64,000 bases of DNA from Eledone cirrhosa (GCA_964016885.1 OZ024743.1:20274001-20338000), one strand, 5' to 3'; counted from the stretch's first letter, positions 29,456-42,210 are shown. A program made the numbers and translations. Notes: generated by a model not told the origin, from the letters alone.

Positions 29456-30637
29456 ATAAAATGTGTATAAATATGTTAATAAGTAAACAATAACCATAAG
29501 GATTACAACACATGTATTGTAAACAAAAACAGAGGAATATTTTTTCAAGAAAAGTATCAGGAATTAAGTATGCCACATTGAAATATATGGGAAAAAGGAT
29601 CAGAAGATTACTTATTAGCTACAATTAATGTTGATATTAAAAGTTTGAGAACTGCTAAAATTAGCAGAAGTGTTAGAGTAGTAGATGAAATGTCTTGCTT
29701 CTCATTGTGTTCTGATTTCAAATCTCACTAAGGTCAATTTGCTTTTCATCCTTCCATGGCTGATATATACAGCACAAGGTATGGGTGATGGGCTTGCACA
29801 TTGGTTAGAACATAAAATAGAATGCCTTCCAAAATTTGTTCTGGCTTCTTGCATTGTGAATTTAAATTTTGGCATGGCTTACTTGTGTGGTGGGCTTAAG
29901 TGGTCACCCAGTTCAACACCACTTTTTAGCCTTTGGGTGTCTTTAATAAAGTCAGTTCTATGTAAGCATTCAAACCAAGTTTATGATTTGAGAATACCTT
30001 CCTTCTTAACTCTCTGACCCTAGCAGGGTAGAAGAGAGAGAGAAAGAGCAAACAAGATCAGAGTGTTTATGGATCAATAATTATGTTAGTAAGTGAATCT
30101 TAGTCAAAACAACCAAATGACTCTCTTTTAGAAGGTAAGATGCTTGAGTGTACATCCTAACTTTGTTTAGTACCTGGCAGACATGACACTGGATGGCTTT
30201 GTTGTGACCATTGTTGACATCCTTCAGAACATTATTCCAGCTCTATTGCTCTTTGAAGTCAATATTAACTCATCCAAGTCAGAGGTAATAAATCTGAGTT
30301 CCGGTGAAACTCAATGCAATCATGCTGTACAAAGCATCTGGTCAGTCATCACAGGAAGTACAACTTAATCTGAGGCTAAACAACTCTGAGGTCCTAAGGA
30401 CTTCAAAGAATATGGTGACCCCCACTCCCACCCTTATCATTATATAAAGTCTGTAAGAAAAATGTTCTTTTAGAATGATAAGTACATTCAATTTGAATAA
30501 AATGGTGACCTTCTTCCCTTGATGCTCTAAGCATGTGCTTATTTTACTTAATGGTTAATCCAGCCTTGATGATTGATATATATATATAAGGAAAAGAAAT
30601 CGAAAATGCAACTGGAGTCTTGAATATTTGTTTGTTT

Positions 30638-30674
30638 CCTTTACCGGTTTCACAGTTCTTATGCTTTTCAAAAG
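30638..30674 (-). ncRNA. Degenerate or variant hammerhead in PLE tail relic 30588-30700
   Basis: CTT-TTGAAAA-GCA-TAAGAAC-TGT-GAAA-CCGG-TA-AAG; core differs from CUGANGA at two positions. Confidence 0.4.
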
Positions 30675-30719
30675 TAAAATTGAGATGGTTTTTCTCGCAT
30701 CATATACGTAAGACGATGG

Positions 30720-31032
30720 AGTAGCTCCGCGTGGGTCTCAGCGGTTACACTTGTGTGAGTGGCTGAACAACCCTACCCATGAGTGGCAGTCCCTGGTGCG
30801 TGTTGCGTCGGCACCTTGCGGTGATGCTGGAGTGTCCTCTCCAGTGGAGCTACGTCGCCTGGACAGGTATGTTCAAGAGAGCAAGCTGTTGTCCAGGCAG
30901 CAGACGCCCCCCCCCCCTCTCCACGCGGCTGATGGCTCCAAGGGAACAACAAATGTCGATATAGCTGGGCATCAGCGGCGTCACAGGAGTTGCCGGAATG
31001 ATGTTAGGATGTCAGACTGCCTTCGGGACTCC
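30720..31032 (-). mobile_element. GC-rich RTE 5'-region-like fragment
   Basis: CCCTCTCCACGC...TCCAAGGGAA...GGCATCAGCGGCGTCACA resembles the SINE segment at 17066-17138. Confidence 0.45.
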
Positions 31033-31034
31033 AT

Positions 31035-31096
<62 letters not shown>

Positions 31097-31098
<2 letters not shown>

Positions 31099-32540
31099 CG
31101 AAGGAGTTGTGGTAAGGAATCAGATGGACCATAATGCACCAGAGTACTCAATACTTAGGGTAGTAGAGTGGGTAATAGGAAAATGTATGACCCCAATGGC
31201 AGAGCTCAAGCCGTTTCGATGGCTATTTCTGGACTAAATTAGAATGTTTAGCCTGGTAAATAAATAGCTGAACTTTTCAAGGGGTACTTCCTTATATGGG
31301 AAGATTGTAGTTGTCAAGAGGATTGGTCAAAATTTCTTGTAAACACAATTAAGTCTATCATGGCAGTGGGTGGGGATGACTGAACTTGCCTGTAGAACAA
31401 TGAGGGAGTGGGTGGAGCCGGTCAAGCATTGAAAGTGAAATCTATACAGCAAATTCTAAGGATTGTGTATGAAAGTAGGCCAGAGGAGGTAGGCGAAAGA
31501 GGGTTCTGGAGAAAATGGTGGAGGGACGTTATAGTATAGGTAAATCAATTGAGATTTGGAGACAATAAAAAAATAAGAGAAAGATATATAAAAATATAAA
31601 ATTAGATAGTAAGAAGTGATAAAAAGCAAAAACTGTGAAGTCCAAAACAGCTGCTATAATTAGTTGGTGTTGCTTTTTCAGCCAATGCTATAGAATAGGT
31701 TCATAAGTTGAGAATAGAAGATAAAATAAGAATTTTTGAATGTTATAGAATTGTGTAGTAAAAAGTAATACAAAATCTCTGGGGTCTAACACAGCTGCTA
31801 TGGTTAGTTAGTATTGCGTTTTCGGCCAATGCTATCTTTAATTTACTGGGGTGGGGATACTGAGGCTACAGAGGCCCGATGGGCTGCCTTGGGGTAGGCG
31901 GATGGGGAAAAAAGAAAGAGGAAGAAGATGGGTTAACTTTTTTGGAGAACTTTCTTGTACGTTGGTGGCGATTATCAAACTGAGATCAGGTTGTGTTGTG
32001 ATGTGTGACTCTATATATAAGAGAGATTTGGATGTGCCTGGGGTGTGGGGTGTGGTGTTAATGAGTGTTGATGAAGATTTAAAGGAATTAAAGCATACAC
32101 ACACACACACATACATACATATATACACACAGAAAATGGTGAAGGTTGACATCAAGATAAGGGTGTTTAAGAAAGTCATTGTAAAAAATTCCCTCCTGCT
32201 GGTTTTATTTCAATAGATGACCATTGATGAATATAATGGCAGGATGTTTTTCAAATTCGTTTCTTATAGCTGAATCAACTCTCTTAAATTTATAAAGAAT
32301 ATCTTCTACAAATTTCTATATCAAAGATGAATTTAGGTGCCTGTCTTGTGGTGGTGATGGTGGGTTTTAATGAGGTGTAAGATGTCTTTTGATAAGAATG
32401 GGATGATAATAAAAAGAAAAAAAAGGATAGTTTTGGAACATTTGTCAGAAATGCGTTGTTGATATTGGTTTCGGAGAGGAAGTGTGATTGTGGGAGGGGG
32501 GGGGGGGGACATGCTTGCTCACATATTCACTTCCCTATAT
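31097..32540 (-). mobile_element. PLE family A, longest copy (3' ~1.4 kb)
   Basis: Family A tail, HHR-like fold at 31190-31285, and decayed endonuclease C-terminus near 32170-32310 (EKHPAIIFINGHLLNKTSRREFF, compare ETHNIIFSNRNLLNKKSEVF in 23815-25518). Confidence 0.65.
31190..31285 (-). ncRNA. Hammerhead-like motif with extended stem II
   Basis: ACCCC-TTGAAAA-GTTCAGCTATTT...AAATAGCCATC-GAAA-CGGC-TTGAGCTCT-GCCA-TT-GGGGT; sister copies restore GCCG-TC. Confidence 0.55.
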
Positions 32541-32571
32541 GTAAATATATTTACAGTCCATATATATTACA

Positions 32572-33605
32572 CTAGCATTAAAGCCCGGCATTGCTCGGGG
32601 TCAGTAAGTTACCAAAGTTAGGTTGCACCACCCATTTTATGGCAGCACTTTTTTCTCTGGGTGAATGAATTGCAGACCTGCACTGCCGAAGCAGGAGCTG
32701 TGCCAGCAGTGACAATTGTAGTTTCTCCTATGGATATTATCTCTGTGCAAAGAAGTGTTGAAATTTATTGTTTCACAGTACTTGCGCAACACGCGCGTAG
32801 ACGATGCCAGCCGAACAACAGAGCTGCGATGGAGTTGTTCTGCATGGTTGACTAGTGTGTGTTTTCTAAATTTAAGACAGTAGGGAGGGGTGTGATATGG
32901 GGGAGAGTTAGCCGCTGTTTCTAGCAGGTTTAGTGACCTCATAGAGGATATGTGTTTTCTAAATTTAAGACAGTAGGGAGGGGTGTGATATGGGGGAGAG
33001 TTAGCTGCTGTTTCTAGCAGGTTTAGTGACCTCATAGAGGATATTATTGTGTATAGTAAATAAACTGATACTTCTTTCTTCCACGTTCGTTCTAGAGGTT
33101 TTAAAAAAGATTTATAGTTATTTTTGTTGTTGTTGAATAAATTTATCTGTTGCTTTTGAATAATTGTCGTTTCGTATGAAATATAATAATTTCTCTTTGT
33201 CATTGAAGTAAATAAATGTTTGACCGTTCCACACTCAAAAACAAACGCTCTCTCTCTCTCTCTCTCTCTCCATCTCTCTCTCTCTCACTCTCTTCTCTCT
33301 CTTTCTTCGGCGTGCCTAAAGAAAGTTTGTAAGCATGTATGTAGTTTTATCGAATTTGATGGGGAGTAGAGAGAGAGGTAGGCAGATTCTATTAGAGGGG
33401 TAAAACGTCATGTATTTAGTTCTATCGATTATTTCCATAATTGTGGGGGAGTTTGAATGAAATAAATAGTCGTTGACCTAAGTTAGACCATTTACAACAT
33501 TCTTACAGACTTTGAGTCGAATCGGTTTTAAATTGTGCAAATGTATAAACATGGAACATGTGCACACACACACACACACAACAACAACAATCTGCCTTTT
33601 ATAGA
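32572..33605 (-). mobile_element. Non-autonomous Helitron
   Basis: Minus strand starts TCTATAAAA, ends with hairpin CCCGAGCAATGCCGGG then CTAG; inserted between A and T. Confidence 0.8.
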
Positions 33606-33720
33606 TAATTGTTTCTACTTTAGGCACAAGGCCAGCAATTACCCAGTACATTACTGGTACTTTATTTTATCGACCCGTAAGGATGAAAGGCAAAGTTAAC
33701 CTTGGCACATACACACACAT

Positions 33721-33827
<107 letters not shown>

Positions 33828-34284
33828 TTATATGTATATATATATAATATATATATTATATAAATTATATATATATTATATTTATATTTTCAAATCCATC
33901 AAGGTTAACTTTGCCTTTCATCCTTACAGGGCCTGTAAAATAAAGTACCAGTAATGCACTGTGATGTTGGCTTTGTGTCAAAAGTAGAAACAATGATATA
34001 TATATAGATACAGTGGAAGACTGGCTAGATTGCCAGCTTGTCCAATGGCAAGTGGGCCCCAGGGGGCCCATGGTAGTATTGGAAGGGCCAATGCTTTGTT
34101 TTAAAAAAATAAATAAAACAATTAAGCAAAGCATTTGGTCCGCCAATTCCCCAGGGAATTACTAGAAACCAAAATATACGATAGTGCAAATAGCTGGAAT
34201 CAGTAGTTGTACATTCTACAAATCTAAAGCTTAGTGTATTCATTCATGCATGCAAACATACATATATAGACACACACACACGGA

Positions 34285-34353
<69 letters not shown>

Positions 34354-34441
34354 TTACACCCCAACTACTGACCAAATAATATTTGGTATCAATGGGTTAA
34401 AGACATCTGTCAAATCAATTAGTGGTGAAGGTGGTATGTAT

Positions 34442-34781
34442 CAGTGCTACTCAAAATAGTGGTCCGGGGGACCGGTGCCGGTACGCGAGCCATCAGCTAC
34501 CGGTACGCAGCCTTTCACACTAGTAAAGATTAAGGTTATATAATTTTTATTTTTGTGTTAATAAATTGCTTGTTATTTTTTTTATTACTTTTTTATATGT
34601 TTTGATATTGTATTATTTGTTTACAAAATAAATAGAAGATAAAAAAAATGGTCAACTTGTATTTTATTCATTATATATATCGTTTCCGGTATAAATTAAT
34701 ATTTCTACGAAATATTAGCGGTATGTGGCACATTGAACAAAAAATGCCGGTCCGCCACATCAGATAGTTTGAGAAGCACTG
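34442..34781. mobile_element. hAT (Charlie-like) MITE
   Basis: TIRs CAGTGCTACTCAAA / TTTGAGAAGCACTG; flanking 8-mers GTATGTAT / GTATATAG match at 6 of 8. Confidence 0.8.
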
Positions 34782-34959
34782 GTATATAGTATATATATAT
34801 AGAGAGAGAGAAGTAGAACACTGGAAGGTAATATCTCTAGTGGTAGAGCAGGTGAAGGTAGTATATATTATATATATACCATATATATATTGTCCCACCC
34901 TTGCAAGCAGGGAAAAGTGGACGTAAAATGATGATGATGATGATATATATATATATATA

Positions 34960-35760
34960 TAAGCAAAAGGGATATTTAATTTGTTGGTAATTCAAAAAGA
35001 AAAAAAAACTTGAACCATTAAGATCTTCTTCCTGGATATGTCAATATTTATAAAACAAACTTTGTATTTTATCTGATGAGAAAACGATAAATGGAAAAAA
35101 TGAAATTTCATTTCTCACTCTTAGTACGACTGATACTTAAATATAAGTATGTATACGTACATACATATATGTATACAGACGTACAGTAGTATGTATATAC
35201 ATACATACATGCACACACATATATATGTACGTATGGGTTTGTTTACAAACAAACCGAACATTATAGTAAATGTTCGGTAAATCCATACGTATATATATAT
35301 ATATGTGCATGTATGTATATACATACTACTGTACGTCTGTATACATATATGTATGTTTGTATACATACTTATATTTGAGTATCAGCCGTACTAAGAGTGA
35401 GAAATGAAATTTCATTTTTTCCATTTATCGTTTCGGTACGCCCGGCCGACTAACTCACTCGATATGCAAATTAGGCTGCTCAACCGTTAATATGCATAAG
35501 GAAAGTATATACTTTCAAACAATCAATCGATTGACAGGAAGGTATACAGTGCTGATGACAGCTAAGAAGCTAGAAACTAGTTCATCGTTCCTTTGTCAGT
35601 GTTGAACAAAAGGGCAACGATGGTTGCCGAACACTGTACACCTTAATTCGGGCTGTTTATTTACAAACAAAGCGAACATTATAATAACTGTTTGGTAAAC
35701 TTAAACGTACATATATATATATGTGTGCATGTATGCATATACATACTTATATTTATATAT
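34960..35760. mobile_element. Rearranged PLE terminal relics with inverted and direct duplications
   Basis: About 35082-35200 is inverted at about 35315-35433; 35228-35325 is repeated at about 35650-35745; HHR at 35549; left end matches 1680. Confidence 0.6.
35549..35585 (+). ncRNA. Minimal type I hammerhead ribozyme
   Basis: GTG-CTGATGA-C-AGCT-AAGA-AGCT-A-GAAA-CTAG-TT-CAT; palindromic stem III. Confidence 0.72.
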
Positions 35761-35881
35761 ATATATATATAGTAATAATAATAAATTTGAAGACTAAAAT
35801 CCAAAGAGGGCTCGGTAAGGATAAATATATATCAAATATATAAGAACCGTAGAGCAAATATTTATTAAAATAACAGATTAA

Positions 35882-35932
35882 AGTTTAAGCAAAGAATCGC
35901 TGCTTTCACCCTTAACGGGATCTTCTGAAACT
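35882..35932 (-). ncRNA. Hammerhead-like motif with CAGAAGA core
   Basis: AGTTT-CAGAAGA-T-CCC-GTTAA-GGG-T-GAAA-GCA-GCGATTCTT-TGC-TT-AAACT; second copy at 41037-41087(+). Confidence 0.6.
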
Positions 35933-36422
35933 AACAAAGTCAATCTGTAAACGCAGAAGTGGATATTTCAAAAAACGTTGCAACCGGAGTAAGACAGGAA
36001 GACGATACTTTGGTTCGTGGAAACGTTCCCTGGCAAAGAACGGGAAAAACGAATATAATACGCCATTAATAGGAGCGGTGAAAAACAATTACGCGCAAAG
36101 ACAGAACCACGTTTATGGTATAAAAGACGTTGTAGACGTAGAAAGGTGGTTCATAGAGACGTTCTCTGGCAATGAACGGAAAAAACGAAGATAATACGTC
36201 ATATGTGGAGCGTGGAGAACAATGGCACGCAAAGACAAAACCACGTAAATGGTATAGTCGTAGACTAAATTCTAACTAGGAAACCGAATGAATCTCCGCT
36301 TCAGAGTTAAGAATAAAGTAAATAAATACAATACAGAGGTAATAGAAATTAAATAAATGCATAAATGCAAGCAAATACTATTTGGCTCCCTCAGTTGAGC
36401 ACTCTATTGACTTATATTCATC

Positions 36423-37088
36423 ATGCAGAAACAACACCTGAATATTTCTACAAAGAACATACCCGTACCAAACAGGAAAACATACCTAAAACTCCTGATA
36501 CAGAAAACAGACGCGTTCATTAAAAGGTTGCGTTGTCGTGCCTTTTATTTCGATAATCCGCGAAAAGCAGACAACAAACAGGATAAATTTGGGTTTAAAA
36601 CCTATAATAACCCCCCGTGTAACCCAGCATTGCTACCCTTCGAAAATGATGTCTTGGAACTCATACGGAGTATCAAATTTCGGAATAGGAGCAATTCCTT
36701 CCAGCAGGACCTGAAGAATAGAATTCGTTCTATTAAGGATTCTAATGCCGTGCACGTCCATTCCGACAAAACTGGCAACCTATATCAAGTGGAGCGCAGT
36801 ACTTACTATCAACTACTACATAATGCTGTAACTAAGGATTACCGTAAAACTAATCGGTGCGTCATCAATGAAATCAACGATGCTGGGTTTAAAATCACCT
36901 CTGATCTCAACATCCTGGACCCGACCGAACCTCTGGACCCTATTTCTCCCCACTTTACCCTGAAGGATCACAAATCCAATTTTCCGAACAACCCCTCTAT
37001 TCGGCTTATTAACCCTACGAAGTCCGATTTAGGTAGACTTAGTAAAAGGATTCTTGATAGAATTATACCTGAAATTAGAAGTAGAACT
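36423..37088 (+). pseudogene. PLE ORF N-terminal fragment
   Basis: STKNIPVP...FIKRLR, SDKTGNLY, TLKDHKSNF...RLINPTKSDLG are PLE N-terminal and early RT motifs; broken by an inversion. Confidence 0.85.
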
Positions 37089-37089
37089 A

Positions 37090-37900
37090 ATCCCGAAAAG
37101 TGTGCCATTAGACTCACTATTACGATAACGGTAGCTTAACCTATGGATGGGTTCGGATACACCTATGGGATTTCTACGATTCTTACGCTTTCTACTCCCA
37201 TTCACGGCCATATTATGGGAAATTACGTTATTATTATTATGGGTAAACGGAGACTTTCTAAGGTTGTTCTCATTATAACGTATTTTACCAGAGTAACCAG
37301 AGTTAGCTAGGGCATTATTATAGTACTCTGCATGTGAATTAAATATTCCTATATCCTTAGAGAGTGTGGAAATTCTATTAGATACACCGTTAATTATAGA
37401 GCTAATCATAGATTTGGGGTGGTTAGAATTGGGATTAACATAAGAGAGTATTTCATTTGGCTTATGGAAGGGTTTATAACTATTAGTGACCAAGTCCAAA
37501 GTCACATCTAAAAAGTTGACCGCTCTATCATTTCTATCAATCGTGATCGAAAGGTTAAAACTTTTAAAAAATTTATAAAGTTTCTTCCTATTATGCTCAA
37601 TATTGTTGGTGCTAGAGTTTATCACAAACAATGCATCGTCACGATAAACTCCGCCTTTAAGGTGCGGAAAGGTAACATACAGTTCATTTAGGAGGAACAG
37701 CCCAACAAGATCAGTTACCTGGGCCGAATCACTCGAACCCATTGTAACGTCGAAATTGTTGGGTGTGTTTTTACGCGTCCAAAGTGTATCCTCGAATTTG
37801 ATGATAGTCCTACGGGCTGCTAGTATAACATCAATCTGCGGTCGTGTAAGGCTAGACACTCGCATGGCCATAATTAAGGTTTTATTAAGGAGGATAGCTG
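37090..37900 (-). pseudogene. PLE RT core/thumb fragment
   Basis: VTMGSSDSAQVTDLVG, VYRDD, VNFLDVT, SNHP; paralogous to 23815-25518. Confidence 0.88.
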
Positions 37901-38831
37901 TTCATTAATATATGTCTGTGTATCTCAAACACGTAAATATTTATTAAGCATCTCCTTAGACTCTGTTTGATATTTGATATTAATGTTGTTATATCATATC
38001 ATTTTTATGTAATCGTATTATAGATTTTAATATATGTTGTTTGAAGTATTATATTATATTTTGTAATATTTTGTGATATTTTGGTAATGTTTATGCCAAT
38101 GTAAAACGACTTCACCTCCGTGTATGTGTTGCAGTGGTATAGGTATTTTGTCAACACTATTTGTTCAACACTATTTAGTTCTATAGGATTTTTTTTTTAC
38201 CCTGTGTAAAACTTTATACTATTTGTTAACCTTGAATTATATATATGATGTAATTTTGTATATCTTTTGATGCCAATATATTATAATATTGTTATTATAA
38301 TGTTATTATAATGTTTTTATATTGTTTATACACACTGACAGGGAATTATATATTATATTTTATTTTTATTTTTATCTTTATTCTTATTTTTATCTTTATT
38401 ATTATATTATACTGTAAACAATATATATATATATATATATATATATTTAAATACTTAATAAGTGTTAGTTTGTGTTTGTACTAATGTATATATGTATAAA
38501 TATATATATATATATGCATATAATAAGATTTTTATTATCACCATCTATTATATTATATTATATATTATATTATATTCTATATCGTACTGTAATTATCGCA
38601 TTATATTACCATTTGTGTTTCAAGTTTTTGCATTATATAATATTTACAATGTGGGTTCAACATGTTAATCACTTCCTTGCTATTTGGTCTATATCTATGT
38701 TTGTAACTGCTCGCTCTTAATCTTAGCCTACTCTTCCTTGATATCCTTCCTAGGCTTTAATAGATGTATACTCCATATTCTTCTCAGTTTTTGGCTTGTA
38801 TTGGCCGATAGTGCTTCTTGTAGCTTTACTT

Positions 38832-38869
38832 GCCCTGATGAGTCCTCAATAGGACGAAACATTGTTGGC
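38832..38869 (+). ncRNA. Canonical minimal type I hammerhead ribozyme
   Basis: GCC-CTGATGA-GTCCT-CAAT-AGGAC-GAAA-CATTG-TT-GGC, then AATAAA; lies at the end of a probable PLE 3' region (about 37900-38915) abutting (TA)n. Confidence 0.85.
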
Positions 38870-38914
38870 TAATAAAGACTTTTGATGTATTGAAGGCTTC
38901 TTTGGTTTATTTTT

Positions 38915-38974
<60 letters not shown>

Positions 38975-38977
<3 letters not shown>

Positions 38978-40082
38978 ACACACGCGTTACTTATATTTCT
39001 TGAAGTGCAATGAGCTCAAATTTTATATTTTTCCGCCCTAGGGCCCGCATTAGGCGAAAAAACACATTTTAAAGGCAATTTTAGGGTTCTCGTTTTAGGC
39101 GTAACTTAAAGATAATCCAGCCGATTTCCTCGAAATTTGCAGCACACATTAGTTAGTCCCCTCGATTCCATTATTTGTTTCGATTCCATTAATTGTTTCT
39201 AGGAAATTTACGAATTAGCATTAGGCATTACATACCATTTTCATTTTCAATATAAACGCTTAAATATCGTAAGTAACGTATAATAGTTCGTTAAAAATTT
39301 GGTTTATTTAACAGAGGACACACCACTTTCTTACTTACTTTTAAGCAGGACCATTTTCGGGGGATTGAGGAAATGAGGAGGACCATAACATTTTTGTCGC
39401 CCTGTGGACGCTTCCTGCTTTCATCACGCGCAAATCCAGGCCCTGTGTATGTTGCCGTGTTATTGACATCGTAAAACTCACCTCTGTGCTTCTTCTACTT
39501 AGACCCCTTTTGTTGCACCTACACCGCAGTACGCCGAACAGCGGTTGTGCTAATTCCGCAGTGACCCCTTTTGTCACACCTTTGTTACTGTGTAAACGCA
39601 GTGTAACCAGTGCTGCCCAGCATTTCTGCTAATTGTACTATGACCCCCTTCTACTGCAGCTGCGTTGCCACGCTGATTTCGTCATCACAATATTCCTACT
39701 TAAACGTACATCCCTACTTGGTTTTCACACAATTGACTACGTTGCTCCTTCAGACTGACGTGTGTTCCCTATCCGTGACGTGATTTGTGAACAGAATTAC
39801 GACATACACTGACTCCTTTCGCATACAGGATTTCCGTAATCACCCCACTGACACTGCTACTACTGGTATGCCTACTCGAGATCAACCTTCCACTCATTCA
39901 GATTAGGCACATGCATGCAGATGTTTCATGATTCGGGCCTGCTGGTGTTCTATGTTTCCAGTAGATGAGCAATCATTCGCTGAGAATAAGGGAATTCAAA
40001 AAGAACACAGCTACATTCCTCAATCTTTGCGTGTTGCTATTTCACGTTTCCTACCCCGTGCAACGCCGGGTCCTGCTGCTAG
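38975..40082 (+). mobile_element. Helitron-type element (3' end clear, 5' boundary uncertain)
   Basis: CCCGTGCAACGCCGGG hairpin then CTAG|T at 40079-40083. Confidence 0.6.
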
Positions 40083-40096
40083 TATATATATATATA

Positions 40097-40222
40097 ACGA
40101 AGGAGTTGTGGTAAGGAACCTGATGGACCATAACGCACCAGAGTACTCAATACTTAGGGTAGTAGAGTGCGTAATATGAGAAAGAATGACCCCGACGGAG
40201 GTCGGAGTCATACTTTCTCCTA
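40097..40222 (-). mobile_element. PLE family A terminal relic with fold-back
   Basis: Family A tail; GAGAAAGAATGACCCCGAC-GGAG-GTCGGAGTCATACTTTCTC hairpin. Confidence 0.7.
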
Positions 40223-40509
40223 TATATATATATATAGATAGATACACACACACACATACATATATTGAGTGTGAAAGACCAAAGGTCATTATTATCGACG
40301 GTAGATTGGCAGTATTGGTAGAGGGTCGGACGCCATGCTTTACAGCATAGAGTTACGGCCACTTATGATCTGAGTTCAAATCTCGCCGAGGTTAACTTTA
40401 CGTTTCATCCTTAGAAATAAAGTACCAGTCACGCACTAGTGTCGATTAAATTGACTTTCCCCTCCCAAAAAATTGTTGGCCTTGTGCCTATATAAGAAAC
40501 CATTATTGA

Positions 40510-40959
40510 AAGTCGACCTTAAGTAGGAGCAATAACATTAAGAAAGATATCAACGAAAATTTTGAAAGTAGGTTTATAAGTATGATTTTCATAAGATTTT
40601 CGTAGTTGTCTCTGTGACCTAGCGGTAAGTACTAGAGACGTTGTAGATCCTAACCTTGGGTTCAATCCTGGTCAAGATATGTAACCTTTTTTCAATCCTG
40701 GTCAAGACGTGTAACCTTTTTTCAGTTTTTTATTTTAAAACCAATAAAAAAAAACAGAAAAGGAACCCTACTCCCAACCGGGATAGAACTTCAGAGCAGG
40801 ATCACCACCGTCTCTGATTCCTCCAACTAGGCCACAGAGACAGCTACAAAAGTATAGTGAAAATTGATAATTATAAACCTACTTTCAAAATCAAAGTTAA
40901 AAAGCTGTGGTGTCGTTCATGGCTTTCCTAGGGCAATTACTAATATTTAGGGTCGACTT
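40510..40959. mobile_element. Foldback/MITE-like element with long imperfect inverted repeats
   Basis: AAGTCGACC...TTTTGAAAGTAGGTTTATAA...GTCTCTGTGACCTAG is mirrored at the right end; both arms have A/B-box-like motifs. Confidence 0.7.
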
Positions 40960-41105
40960 GTGGTCGTTTTCCTGTTTTCCTTCAGTTGCAACGTTTTTCG
41001 AAATATTTACTTCTGCGTTCACAGATTGATTTTTTTAGTTTCAGAAGATCCCGTTAAGAGCGAAAGCAGCGATTCTTTGCTTAAACTTTAATCTGTTATT
41101 TTAAT
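40960..41105 (+). mobile_element. PLE pLTR fragment with HHR-like motif at 41037-41087
   Basis: Reverse complement of about 35865-36010. Confidence 0.75.
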
Positions 41106-41706
41106 ATATAATATAAGTGAGCAAGCCAGCCCAGTTGCCACTTCTTGCCAATAAACATTAACCCTTTGTGCGCCATTCATCTAACTGTAGACCAACTAAA
41201 CGGAGCGTTGACAAGAACGATGGCGAATGAATCTTCGAGGTAAGCAGTTTCCTCCCGAGCTGGATTCTCTGCTACACCTTTTCGTAATAATACAGAACAA
41301 TGTACTGCTGGTCACTCCTTCCTCCAAAAGCCGTACAAAGCGGACATGTGCATCGGGTGCAAATCTACACCAGGCCTACGCGAGAAATTTGCAAGGGACT
41401 GCACCGAGAGAGAAAGAGGGCGAATGAACTTTTGAGGTAAGTAGCCTACGCCTTACTGCTATGACACTGGAACCTTTTGCCAACTTAACCTGTGACTTTC
41501 ACTTTCACATTTACAACAATATTTCTATGAACAATGCACGCAGATAGCTAAACTGTACTTTCAACTTCTTAATTTTTTCCAAATAAAACAAGTTCCCTGT
41601 CGGTATATTTTCGTGAGTTTTTAACAGGCACTCACAAATAAACGTTTCTCATTGGAGGTGCTATTACCAATGTTCTTACCCGTGCAACGCCGAGATACAC
41701 TGCTAG
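41105..41706 (+). mobile_element. Non-autonomous Helitron
   Basis: Starts TATATAATATAAGTGAG; ends CCCGTGCAACGCCGAG...CTAG|T, the same 3' end type as 40082. Confidence 0.7.
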
Positions 41707-41784
41707 TATTATATATATAATACAATAATTTCATTATTATATTATATATATAATACATAAATATATATATAGACACTGCATCCT

Positions 41785-41957
41785 TTAAAACCCTCATGCT
41801 ACCCGAAATTCGCCAAAACTATACCTGATGTACTCCTTCCATACACATTGTTCATTTTCCTGACGTTTGTACATTACCCTATGTACTATACATACACTTT
41901 TTGATAAGTTGTAGTGCACCTGAGCACTGTACACAATATTTTCATTATTATTATTAT
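41785..41957 (+). mobile_element. LINE 3'-end relic with (TTA)n tail (CR1/L2-like)
   Basis: GTTGTAGTGCACCTGAGCACTGTACAC...(TTA)n; inverted second copy at 42825-42945. Confidence 0.55.
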
Positions 41958-41978
41958 CATATATAATATATACATACA

Positions 41979-42210
41979 CGTGGCTTAGTGGTTAGATCAT
42001 TGGATTAACAATCATGAGGTTGTGAGTTCGATTCTTGGAGCAGGCAATGCGTAGTATCCTTAAGGAAAATACTTTATTTCACATTGCTCTACCTCATTCA
42101 CCTGCAGAAATGAGTTGTGATGTCACTGGGGCGAAGGTGTATCAGCCTTTGCCAAGAGAACTTTCTAGGTGCAACACGCATGTTTCACTCGTGACCAAAG
42201 GGGGTTTAGC
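41979..42210 (+). mobile_element. tRNA-CORE SINE
   Basis: GTGGCTTAGTGGTTAG...GAGTTCGATTC plus the CORE-like block shared with 840 and 16940. Confidence 0.75.

Larger units (their letters stand above)
35770..37900. mobile_element. Penelope-like element with internal inversions
   Basis: Minus-strand pLTR with HHR (35770-~36380), plus-strand ORF N-terminus (36423-~37088), minus-strand RT core (~37090-37900). Confidence 0.85.

Noticed and set aside
35068-35095. CTGATGA followed by GAAAAC
   Set aside because: No stem II or valid stem III; lies at a rearrangement junction
36010-36260. CRISPR-like spaced repeats (also 31648/31791)
   Set aside because: Only two diverged units within eukaryotic retroelements; no array or cas genes
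41979-42040. tRNA gene
   Set aside because: A/B boxes continue into a SINE body present in several copies; no complete cloverleaf
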